From assembly GCF_963676685.1 (NCBI RefSeq), contig NC_092347.1, forward strand, positions 63,736,001 to 63,800,000: a stretch of DNA of 64,000 nt, in the 5' to 3' direction. Positions 39,216-52,110 of this stretch are shown one piece after another. Position 1 is the stretch's first letter; each line of letters begins with the position of its first letter. The position numbers were made by a program, and so were the translations under genes. The stretch is from Mytilus edulis (Eukaryota). The notes below the pieces were generated by a model that was not told where the DNA came from, did no database searches, and saw only the letters and a program-made list of their open reading frames with translations.

Positions 39216-39775
39216 TTTTCCTCATTCACATATGTATGCTTTCACTTGACAGAATTTTCCTTATTCACATATGCATGCTTTCACTTGACAGAATTTTCCT
39301 CATTCACATATGTATGCTTTCACTTGACAGAACTTTCCTCATTCACATATGTATGCTTTCACTTGACAGAATTTTCCTCATTCACATATGTATGCTTGCA
39401 CTTGACAGAACTTTCCTCATTCACATATGTACAAATGTATGCTTTCACTTGACAGAATTTTCCTCATTCACATATGTATGCTTTCACTTGACAGAACTTT
39501 TTTCATTCACATATGTATGCTTTCACTTGACAGAACTTTCCTCATTCACATATGTATGCTTTCACTTGACAGAACTTTTGTCATTCACATATGTATGCTT
39601 TCACTTGACAGAACTTTCCTCATTCACATATGTATGCTTTCACTTGACAGAACTTTCCTCATTCACATATGTATGCTTTCACTTGACAGAACTTTTTTCA
39701 TTCACATATGTATGCTTTCACTTGACAGAACTTTCCTCATTCACATATGTATGCTTGTCAATTGACAGAACTTTC
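39216..39775. repeat. 39-bp minisatellite, about 14 copies
   Basis: Unit cattcacatatgtatgctttcacttgacagaactttcct with few substitutions and one 8-nt insertion near 39428. Confidence 0.95.
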
Positions 39776-39825
39776 AAGTATTTAATTCTAAAAACCAGAA
39801 ATTGTTTCAAATACTTTGCAGAAAA

Positions 39826-42800
39826 ATGAAGACAGTAGTACAACTTCTTCTGTTTACGTCAGCGGTGTATTCTCAGTTTCAGTTGAATAAACTTAGTTAC
39901 TTTAAATTTCCTTATACTACCAACAATAACTATGGATTTTTAAAAGACGCTGCTCACAAAGCTGCTTATGATTCCCAACAACGGATAATGTATGTGATAG
40001 GTAAGAAATTCGCACCTGCTTTAGCTACAAAACACTGAACTAAAACCAAATGTGATATACAGCACAAACAACAACCACTGAATTACAGGGTCCGGCTTTT
40101 TTCATTGATTCCTTTTGTTCAATTCTTACTGTAAACATTATCAAATATATATAATTTGATGATTCCTTTGAATAAAATTAGCATATTAATATATTTGCTA
40201 TAAGGTTAACAATCTATATAAATAAAGACATCAGTAGTATACCGCTGTTTGGAATTCATAAATCGATTGGGAAATCCGGGTTACAAACTAAAACTGAGGG
40301 AAACTCATCAAGTATAAGAGGAGAACAACGACACAACAGAAACACTAAAATGCAACACACACAGAAACGAACTATAAGATAACAATAGCCATTTTCCAGA
40401 CTTGGTACAGGACATTTTAAGAAAAAAAATTGAACCTAGTTTTGTGGCCAGCCAAAACCTCCCGCTTTAATGACAATGTTAAATATAACACTAGAATGAC
40501 AGGACTACAATACAAATGAAATGAATAACGTACAGGATAGAGGAACACACAAATAAACAAAACAATAGAACATAACGACAAGCTAATAGTAATTAAAGGT
40601 TAACAAGGCTTTCAATACAAACCAATTATAGAGTACTTGTTCTACAAATAGAAACAACCAGGCCCTTGTTTCAAATAAGAATTAAACAATATATACATGT
40701 TTTCATAGTTTGTTCTTATCTTTTTAAACTAATTAACTAATTGAAGAAATTAAAGATAACCTATTTTGATTTCAGGTAGTCAATCAGGGATGAGTCAACC
40801 TCGTCTTCTTCATGTTATTGATATTTCTAATCCGTCCGCCCCAAATAACCTGTACACACACTCATTTGATGCTATTGACAATGGAAGGGCAAATGATGTA
40901 GCAGTGTGTGGTGATACGGTAGCGGTCAGCATAGAATCATCGTTAGCCACTAAAGAAGGACACGTGGAACTCTTTAAAACTTTTCAACGTGGAAATGTAC
41001 AGCTAGTTAGTTTTGGGAGAGAACAAGGTATGAAATAATTTGGTGTACAATCATATTTATCAATGAGCTTATGTTTGTGTAAGATGAATAAAAATGCTGT
41101 TGTTGTTTTTCTGTAGATATTATAATAATAATCAAACTTTGTAATGTTTATGGGGCATAAAAGCATTGACCAAAGCACATTAGGTATGAAGTGTGGAAGT
41201 ATCATGATTGTTGCTTGCCAGTCAAACGTACGGATTTCTATTTAAAATACTAGTATATGTAATGAAATTACTGTTGTATACTAGTTTATCTTACCTCCTA
41301 TCTATTTATAGAGATATGATTGGTTAAAGGACCAAATGTGATGACTATGTATATTTGATATAGGGTGTACTAAAAAATAAAGGGCTAGTTACCATACATG
41401 GTTAGTTACCATATGGGGTTAGTAAGGAGTTACTTCCCTTTAAAAAAAGGTGCCACAACTCTTTATAAAAAAACAACATGGTGTTAAGGAAAAATCTGAA
41501 AGGATTCAACAGACTTTAATTCGTGATGTATACTAGTTTATAATGTTTCATTGTTTCATTGTTCCGTATGTTCTTGTTTTCAAACAGAATCGTGAACAAC
41601 CCACGATTAAGTCTTCAAGAATTAATCTTACATATACTGTTTCAAAACAAATATTTTCCAGTTGGAGTTGATCCTAAGGGACTTGCTTTTACGTCTGATT
41701 GCCAAAAGCTGATCATCGCTAACGAAGGTCGTGGTGATATGGATGAAATTGCTCAGTCTTTTGTTGATCCACAAGGCACAGTTACGATTATGCTTAGAAA
41801 TGACGTTGGGTCTCCAGCTGTGGTCACCATCAGTTTCGACTTGTTTTTAGCTGGCAGGTATTTTTATTTTTCTTGTATATAAATAAGGTTAACACTCTGT
41901 CATTATATTGTCAATTAAGGGGATATATGCAAAACATTTCAATCATTTCCAAAAGATAAGAATTTCGTTGCGGGAAAGAGATCAAAAGACATCATATGTA
42001 TGTATATGCATTTGATAGTCGACTGATCAAGATACATGTACATTGTAACATCGTTCTTACTTTACTTAAACAACAGAGAAAAAGAAAACACATTAATAAC
42101 ATAAATTAATCTACAGTTTAATGATAGACCAATATTGCTTATATTTTTTATTAGTTTAAATTAGTAGTTAGTACAAAAACGTAGTCGAGTCTAATTGAAT
42201 TGTTGGTTAACATATACATTAGTATAAATAACACTTCATATTCTGCCAAATGTCCCATATCTTTCGAAGTCAACAACAGCTAAGTGCTACAGAATAAAAG
42301 CATATTGATGTAGCAGCTAATAAAGTGGAAATGCAAGAATATTCATTTGTTTAGTACGTTTATATTGACCACAGATATTCTAGCATCGGTTACACTTTTG
42401 CAAACAAAAGTTTATATTATTTCATAAACTGTAACTTGATTTTGGTGTACAAAAAAAAATCTAATTAAAAATATTAGAAACCAATTTTCTTTCCTATTCA
42501 ACTTCGAAAGAGACAGTTCGTTCTAAAATTGAAATCGTTCTTAATCTATTTTTTTAGTCTTTTAGCGTTTCAACTTATGTTTCTTCTTTAACTCTTTGTA
42601 TATTTCTCTATGTAGTTATTGTCGTTCTTCATAAATCCTGTATAATCTTTGCTTATTTTTTTCGCTTAGAGAAACCGAGTACCAAAATAAAGGAGTAAGA
42701 TGGGTTTATCGAGGAAACCATAATGCTGGTATAGTAAACAAAATGTCTGACGACCTTGAACCTGAACAAGTAACCATTAGCAATGACCAGCGATTCGCTT

Positions 42801-45800
42801 ACGTGTCTCTACCTGTAAGTATGTGTTTGATATTAATTTTAAAATATTATTCAACTTTATGTACTACTGCATATGTTCTGTGCGTTTTGACCAGAGACTT
42901 GCAATACCTTTTTTAATTCCAAGAGATGTGTAAACTTTTTTAATCCTGCAGATGCGTGAACTTTTGATTCCCAGATATTTGTTCACCTTTTATCCCCAGA
43001 GATGTGTTAAGTTTTATATTCATGGATATGTAGAATTTATTCCCAAAGAAAACCTTTGCTAGCCTATCTGGGGAGTTTTACCTCACATTTGCACCAGCTT
43101 TATGTAAATAGAAGAATGTTCTTAACAGCTATTTCAGCAAAATTAAAATGAATATATTTTTCCAATACAAAATATATATCGTCATTAGAGAATCATTCTT
43201 ACATGTTTCATTTTTAATTAATTTCTCTTGTAAAAAATGTTCCTTGTATTTTTAGCAGGACTGTATTTTTTAATGCTTATTTAATATCAGATCTTATAAC
43301 TTCTTGTAGCTTTGTCTTTATCGATCTAAATAGAAATAAATATCAAAAAGAGAAAAACTGTTCACAAGAAACAAAATGACACAAAGTCACCATACGGCCT
43401 TCAACAATGAACACAGCCCGTACCGCATAGTCAGCTATAAAAGGTTTCGAGATGAAAAATGAAAGATGATAAAAAAATTGAAACGAGAAAACTAACAACC
43501 GATTTTTGTACCAAAAAAATTACACAAATGTGGCACATCCAAAAAAACGACAACCACTGAATTATAGGCTCCTGACCTGGGACGGACGCAAACATACAAA
43601 ATATGGCGGGATCCAAATCCTCCTCTTGGAAGGGATGTCACAGAACAACATAAGAACGAACTATAAAAATCAATGGAAAAAGGCTTAACTCATCAGACAG
43701 ATACAAATAGAAAACAGGTAACAAAAAAGAGTAGAAGTGGTTGGGTACATCCCAACAAGCATTTTCTTTTTACAGGAAAATAATGCTGTTGCAAGAATTG
43801 ATATCAACGCCTATAATGTTAATGAAATATTTCCTCTTGGAGAAAAGAATTGGCAGTATTTTGGTATCGATTGCAGTGATCAAAATGGAGGTACGATATG
43901 TTGTTATGGACATTAAACTAAAGTCTGTATCTTTTAGGTTAACAATTAAGAAAAGATAAAATAGATACATGTATATGCAAAAGGTCACCGTCATACTTTT
44001 AAATAAATAAGTTGTCATCAGAAGTAAAATCTGAAATAAGAAATGCTTTTTTCATTTTTTTCACTTTTTTTTCCCTTACTTTTATTTGAATGTTGTTTTT
44101 GGGGGTTACTATTTTTGTAGATTATTTAGAGAGGGCTTGACGTGTAATGTTGACATCAATCTATCGATCGGAAGTAAGTTTTTTGTAGTTAAAACAGAGG
44201 GACGAAAGATACAAGAGAGACAGTCAAACTCATAAATCGAAAATAAACTGACAACGCCATGGCTAAAAATGAAAAGGACAAACAGACAAATAATAGTACA
44301 CACGACACAACATAGAAAACTAAAGAATAAACAACACGAACCCCAACAAAAACTAGGGGTGATCTCAGGTGCTCCGGAAGGGTAAGAAGATCCTGCTCTA
44401 CATGTGGTACCCGTCGTGTTGCTTATGAGATATCAAATCCGGTAAATAGTCTAATTCGGTAGGTCACATTTATGAAAGGGAAGGGGATTGTAGCTACGAC
44501 GTAAGGAACATATCCAATATCATTTGTGAAACGGTTATTCCATAACGGTCAACCAACTCGTAAAATTTACGAAGAGATGATTTCAACTTCACCATTTGGA
44601 ACTCTTGATTTAATAGCTTCCTTGTGAGCAACAACCCTCTATCAAGAAAATCATGATAGGAAATGCAAGCACGGGAAAGCGTATCAATTGGGAGATATAT
44701 ACACCGTATGCAGGTGCTGCTGGAATGTTGCTACTTAGAAATGGAAAGTTCACAATTGGAAAGCTGAAATCATCTCTTTTGTCGTAAAGTTTTGTTTTCA
44801 ATCGACCCTCATTGTCAATTTCTAGATGTAAGTCAAGATATGAGGTCGACTTAACTGTATCTGTTGTATTCATTATCTCTAGTTCAATGGGATAGATGCG
44901 TTCGACATAGTCACCAAATTTTGAATTATTTAGTGAAAGAACATCATCTATATAGCGGAAAGTAGAGTTAAAGGATATTGCTTACTTCTTATCTTTCTTC
45001 CTAAGAAGTTCCTGTATGAAGTAAGCCTCATAATAATAAAGAAACAAGTCGGTAAATATCACGTTGAAAATTGATATTTTAACATAAATTCTATTACAGA
45101 TAAGAAACACTGCGTATTGTGTACATATATTTCCTTTTTAAAGGTAAATTATCAAACTATCCGGTTTATTCCATGAGACAAGCCTCTGATATTAAGATTG
45201 CTACGTTCAATGGTATGGAGGTACTATTAACTGCAGAACAAGGTATGATCAAACGATATACTGCTGCCCAAGGCGATGAATTTGACGAATCTAAGCGAGC
45301 AAGAACAATTGCCGAAGGTTAGTAAACTACGTTACATTTTACAAAAAGGAAATTAAAAAATAATTCAAAAACTCTTATGTGAAGATGGCTATTGACTCTT
45401 TAAAGTTCGACTGTCACTCAACTACTTACTGAATATTCATGAGATGTTAATGTATGGAATGTCCTCTTATATTTAATCTAATTAATGTTAACACCATGCA
45501 TTAAGGTCATTGTTATTTTTTCAAAAAGTACGACTTCAGTTTCATCTTCAGTGAGAGAAGTATATATTCCATATAGAATATAAAAAAAAGATATGGTATA
45601 ATTGACAATGAGACAACTCTCCACATGAGACCAAATGACAACGATTGGTCACTGTACGGCCTTCAACAATGAGCAAAGCCCATACCACATATAGTCAGCT
45701 ATAAAAGGCCCAGAAATGACAAATATAAAACGATTCAAACGAGAAAACTTATGGCCTTATTTATGTACGAAAAAACAAATATGTAACACACAAACAAACG

Positions 45801-48800
45801 ACAACCACTGAATAACAGACTCCTGACTTGTGACAGGCAGAAGAAACGTCTGCATGTGACCTAAAGTTGACTTCATTTTATCATTAATCTCAAACCTATG
45901 CGTAATTAGGTCGCTGTTTCCTACAAACATATGAGCAACATAAATTTTAGTTAACATTTTCACCAAAATCTTAGATGATTATCTTATTGATATTTTAAAT
46001 CAGATAGCAACACAAAACTTTATCCACAATACGTTAAAGCAATATCTTATTCATATACATTGTATGCTATTCGGGATCTTCATAGGGGATACATATAGAT
46101 TATACCTCTGTATCGAGTGTAATAAGATACTATTCACTCAAGACTGTTGAATTCAATTAGGCGAGGCAAACCGGTTGTCCTACTGATACTCCGTGTAGCA
46201 TTAACAGAAAAAAACCGTAGGACGTAACATTTCAGAGCGAAATGGTAATTGGAAATTATTTAGGAAGAAAATGATTGGCGATGACTTAGTCCGCAAATAA
46301 ACAATAACAATAACCAGGTCATTTTACATTTCCACGTAATTGTATAATTATGAAAGCGGTAAAGAATTTCAACAAATGCTTATACGTTAAACTGTGTCAC
46401 GATAGGTTTGTACATTAACCTTTTGCTCCCAATACTAATACAATTTAAATTAGAAAACAAAAATAATGTAATTTATACTTTTTCTTTTTTGCTTTAGATG
46501 ACGAATTTGATGAATTCGATATTTCATGGACGGCTGATCTTAAAGCAGCAGTAAGGGACAACCAACGTCTTGGTAAGATTTAGTTCAACTACATACAATA
46601 TCAAGTTAGCTGAACATTTGTTTGACTGAAAACCATATGTTAATATTTTATTTGGTGATTCTGATATATGTGGCATACTAGCAAACTCTGAAACATCGGT
46701 GCGTAGCAAAGAGGACGTTACCGCTGTTTTGGAGTTTGGCGTACTAGTATATTGCTTGTCAAAAACGACGAAATTCATGTAACAAGTGTTTTGCCATCAT
46801 TATTCTTTTAGTGTAATCAAATGAACCAAGCGGTCAATTTGTTTGTGATAAAAAAAAAATATTTAAAAAATATTTGATAATCGTAAGTACTGTCTCTTAT
46901 TATGTTGCACACGCCTTTGATGATTTGTTAAACCAATAAGATGAATGCCTACATCAAACCTGATAACTATGCATATTTGAAACAGAGAACAAACATAACG
47001 TTAATGTTTTTAGATTTGCCATATATTATTTTGATTTGTCTACAATTTTTCTAAGACTTGAAAATATTTATACACGAAAGATGTGGATTTATCAACTGAC
47101 GAATCAAATCTCTTAAGTCGACAATAGACAGGCAAATAAAAAAAGACAAACAGCAGCCAACACTGCTTAAAGAACTACAGAGCAACACGGACCCCCTCCC
47201 ACCCCAACCCCAAAAAAAGAGGTAACTTTTACATCAAAGGTTAACATAAAAGTTTCAAATGAATTTTCAGGTCGATGGCAAGTGCGGTATTCAGATGCCC
47301 CTAGATCAGCACTGGGTTCTATTGAAACTGTTCAGGGTTATGGCGGTCGTGGTATTTCTGTTCATCAGACACAAACCTTTACTAGGCTGTATGACACTGA
47401 AGATGAACTTGAAAGAAAGGAATTTGAAAGTTATGCGTCAACTTTCAACGGTGAAGCAAGTAATGGTGGCTTCTCTCCACTTCAACAAGTAGATCAAAGA
47501 TCTGATGATCATGTAAGTTGTGGTGCATTTAACACAAAGATTGAAATACATGATTTGAATTATTTTATGTTTTTTTTCTTCATATTAATAATCCCATCTT
47601 GTCGTAAAAATGGTTTCAATATTTTATTTTTAATATTCCTAGACAATGCACAAAATATTCAATAATTGTTTAGTTCCTTGTTCTTATCAAGTGAAGTTAC
47701 AATACATAGCAGTCCCAGCTGTTAGCAAAAGAAACTATAGTAAGTAAGTTAATAATAGTAAGTAATAAACAATCGCAGTTACTTTTTTACTAACCATCCA
47801 ACTTCAAGTATATGCAGGGGCAATGAGAACAAAGGTAACAACTTCATCAGATACATGTAAGAATGCTTAAACATATTAAGCGTAAATAGTATACATACAT
47901 ACACAAACACACCCACCTCTTGTATAGCATTTTAAATTAATTCCAAATATCATAAAACTGCAGAAAATATAATTATACGGATCCTATTGAGCATTTAATT
48001 TTGCTATTCTAGGGACCAACACCTACTGCTATAGCAGTTGGTATGTTTGATACTACACCTATGGTAGTTGTTGGAACAAAAACAGGGCTCATTCATGTTT
48101 ATCGTGATGTAAATGTTGCTTTACGACATGAAAGTGTCCACCGTGAAGGACAAATAGCTCAACCTTGGAATACCTTGTATACAACCAACCAGACTGGTGA
48201 TAGCGTCATTACAGATATCGGGTATAAATTGATATGAAATTCTTTTTCTCCTTCTGATACAACCCATTTTTTTTTAATAAATATTGGGTATTTTGTAAAC
48301 TCAATTTAAGTGCTATCAGTTTACAAGTACAGTGCATAAATGGCTTTTTATGACACATATTAAATGAACACAATCACCCTTCCCAGTCAGTTGTCTCAGT
48401 TCTCTCTTAAGCACACATACATGTACATCTGTATGAAAGGGTAACACTTTGTTTTGGCTTAAATACCACATCATGTGTTTGGTCGCCAGTTTTTGTGCAT
48501 ACATAAAGATACAAGTGGCGTAGGTTTTCTACACTACACAACCTTGCTATTTTGTCAGATGCACCTTACGAAATATCAACAAATGATCCCAAAATGAACA
48601 AAAACTGCACAATCAGTATTCATGGAGTAAATTATCATTGAAATGTAGAGAGTATCACTACGTTCTAGTATAGAAATTCCTTTCCGAATATATTGGGAAA
48701 AAAGTATCCCAAGTTATAAAAGTATTCTTTTCTATTGCGGATTAAAAAAATTTAAAATGTGGTGAAGAATGCTGATATTAGACTGTCTATGTTGTAAATT

Positions 48801-49177
48801 TTACTTTCACATAAACGTATTCATTCCGAAAGGAACAGACGTTTTCACTGGCATAAAATTAATTGGCATTAAAAAACATACAATTGTTGTTTAGAAGCGG
48901 ATATACGCCTGAATTATATGCAGTATTATCATGATTATAATATTATTCAGGGAGAATAAGTTATTGAATATTTTAATCACCGGAAAAAGCCTAGACTTTG
49001 ACTAATTCAATATAGAACTTGACAACTAAACTTCTGATTAACAAAACTGATAAATATTATTTAATTTCTAGTATTATCAACCAAGCGCAATCACCAAATG
49101 GAAAAGTTTTAGTTTGGGCTATTGGTTCTGCGTCCGGATCCCTAGGCATCTATGAACTACAGTTTGTCAGCAACTAA
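39826..49177 (+). CDS. MSP130-like / choice-of-anchor I domain secreted protein, paralogue C (complete, 10 coding exons, 562 aa)
   Basis: Exons 39826-40000, 40776-41027, 41662-41857, 42670-42814, 43776-43890, 45144-45317, 46498-46572, 47271-47512, 48013-48221 and 49072-49177. Sum is 1689 nt, in frame, same phases as B. Starts MKTVVQLLLFTSAVYS. Motifs IIANEG, DPQG, DDLEPEQ, SLPENNA, DCSDQNG, LGR, GYGGRG, YDTEDELE, DQRSDDHGP and SPNGK. AATAAA at 49222. The exon 6 acceptor (AAG) is the least certain boundary. Confidence 0.9.
44191..45052 (-). mobile_element. Penelope-like retroelement RT fragment (second family), antisense in intron 5 of paralogue C, disrupted
   Basis: Minus strand reads DLFLYYYE..KK*AISFNSTFRYIDDVLSLNN..IYPIELEI..YLDLHLEIDNEGRLKTKLYDKRDDF, with an in-frame stop and a frameshift. 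Confidence 0.8.
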
Positions 49178-52066
49178 TACCTGCTATATCGAAAACGTTT
49201 TATATATAAAGACTTATCATAAATAAAACATATTTTCACATAATACGTTTTATTTTTATTATGCTACATACTTTAGGCTTTACTATATACATATACATAA
49301 AGCTGTGTAAACGTTAGATATACAGGACTCACAAACGGAGACTTTTCAAATACTTTTATGTATTATTTATTCTCCTGGGTTACAAAATTCATCAGAAAAT
49401 CAGTTGAAGGCTCTAGCACTGTTTACGAAACCACACTCATATATTAAGATGATACAAATCCGACCAAGCACAGAAAATGGATGGAATCGCATTAAATCAA
49501 AATGAACGAGTCAGGGTTGGTCGATAGGGTAAGCATCTTGCTATGCATTTTTCCTAAACATCCACATCAGTTAGACTCTAGCTGTATGCTGTCTCGATTG
49601 AAATATTATCGCATCATCTCTTTCTTTTTAAACATGCATTAGATTGGTAGTTTTTTTTTCAAAACAACTTTAGAAATCAAAATATATTTATTTATTTATA
49701 TTAGCTGTATATCAAGTTAATTTAAGTTAAACATACCCTGTTTCTTATGTTTTTTCTCGAGGAATAATTTTAGCTCATGATAGGAAATAATCGATTCATT
49801 TCCGAAAAGAATTTTTCTACATGACCTTGCAATAGTGGTAAACACGTGTACAGTTATTTACCTTTTCTACTTTTTTAGCTCAGACCTTTCAACATTATGA
49901 AAATTATGAAAATATAAAAATGTGGTAGGAATTCTAACAAGAAAAACATTATGTGACAATCACGTACGAAATTCATTGACTGTGACAGACCCACGAATAT
50001 GTCGTGTTAGATCTTAACTTACACCCTGTTTAATCTCGAGCAATGAACTCACTTCATTTGTTTTTTTTGGCATTGGTGATGTCTGCTCACATTCCATTTG
50101 TGAATTGCTCTCTCGGTACCTACTGCCTGTTTTTATATTAGGTAAACCACAAAAGACAAAATTTTAAAAAAGATATGATATGAATTAACTCATCATGGAT
50201 ACTAGGATTAACTACTATAGATATCAAAGAAACGCCCCTATTATTGACGTCTTAAGTCAATGTCTAGAGAGTATGTAAGGAATAACTGTTACAGTAATAT
50301 TGTTTCTGTCTATATAGAAATAACACCAACCATCTGATGCATACTGAATAGCCTGTGAACAGTGTTATATATTATCTACATAAGAAAATGATGCCTGTAC
50401 CAAGTCAGGAAAATGACAGTTGTTATTCATTCGTTTGATGTGTTTGGGCTTTTGATTTTGACGTTTGATTATGGCCTTCCGTTTTGAATTGAATTTGAAT
50501 TTTCCTCGGAGTTCAGTATTTTTGTGATTTTACCTATTGCTCAGTGTCCACTACATTTGTATTTTTGTATTAGTTTCCTATGATATGATCTTTCTAATGT
50601 AAATGCCAAATTAGAGTTTTTATCCCATTTTCACGATTCACTAAACATAATAAAAATGATAGTGCGGATGGGGCATCCGTTTACTGGGGACATATTATTG
50701 TTGTGATTATTTCAAGTAGACAGAAAAACAGTGCACTGATTTCTTATAATTTAATTCTGATTTCAATTTTTAAGGAATTAATCATGAAAAAACGTTAATG
50801 ACCTTGCGGTCACATGACAAAATTATGTCTATGAAATGATACACAAACAACTTTCAGCTATTCAGAAGACGTATTACATCAAGAATTGAATTATTAATCG
50901 ATTTGTTTAAACATTAGAACTCAAACCTTCTAGAATAAAAATAATAGAAACAAGACATCGAGACTTGCATGACATGAATTTCCTTCCAAGACAAAATACG
51001 AATAGTCAATTTTGTAAAGACTGTTCACGGTGAAACATCATGTGCACAAATAAAAACATAGTGGTACATACTAAGTGAACCTTATTATCAATGTTATTTC
51101 TAGCCGTATAAGTAAAGTTTATTTGGTAAAGAATTTAAAACGATAGACTAATATATTAACAGATGTTCTAGTTAGAATTTATCTGTTACTAGTTAATGTA
51201 GCTAGTAAATCTACATTTGTTTATTTTTCAGTGCATGCACGATTAATTTGAAGGGAAGTAAATTATCTTTTATTCTAACCAAATTAGTTGTGGTACAACA
51301 TGAACTTATTTGATTTTGTTTTTTTAGGATATCTAGGTAAATAATCAAAATAAGATCAACTAGATTTGTAATAATCAGCAAAAACGGATGACACCCTCGC
51401 ACCCCCTGCCTCCTGCAATTGCCAGGGTATAAGCAACATTTCTGAAAATTTTAAAGTCAAACAGCGCATCTACAAATGCCATTACACACTGTTTAAAATT
51501 GATAAAGTTTGGAGCATTTTGATTTTTTTTTTGATTTTTTTCTGGTTCCATGGTAACAGTGACCATTTTCAAGTTTTCAAAGACGGGTGCCAATTTGGAA
51601 CATGCCATGTTTCACATGTCCATAAATTTTTCTCAGGTTTGATCTAATATTCTATAAGAAAATGCAGTTTTAATGTATTTTTCGCTAGGGTCATATTAAA
51701 ATTTTCCATGACAATGACGGCCATTTCGGAACTTTTAAAAACATATCGCCTTTAGCAGTTTCCATGGCAGCGACAGCCATCTTTGAAATATCATACCCCG
51801 ATTGCAAATCTGCACCTGCTGGTAAACATTGTGTTGTAGTTCCATTATAATTGGTTTGTCAAATCCCGAGATGTAAGCTGGACAAAAAAGTGAAAGAAAT
51901 AAGAAAAACGTACGATACCAATATGGCACCCCACCTCCCATATAATAAGAGGAGTAATTTTAATTTTCTGTACCAAAATCGAATTTCGACTATAAATGTC
52001 TCTTCATTGATGCTCGAAGACAAAATATTTGAATAGTTATCAAAGGTACCAGGATTATAATTTAGT

Positions 52067-52110
52067 ACGCCAGACGCGCGTTTCGTCTTCATAAGACTCA
52101 TCAGTGAAGC
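52067..52110 (-). ncRNA. Minimal type I hammerhead ribozyme, family 1 (intact core, one stem I mismatch), inside a repeat at ~52033-52170
   Basis: Reverse complement reads gcttca-CTGATGA-gtct(tatga)agac-GAAA-cgcgc-GTC-tggcgt. Confidence 0.8.

Noticed and set aside
39128-39829. 233-aa repetitive ORF and overlapping ORFs; possible CRISPR-like array
   Set aside because: These are artefacts of a stop-free 39-bp tandem unit. There are no unique spacers or cas genes, and the context is eukaryotic.
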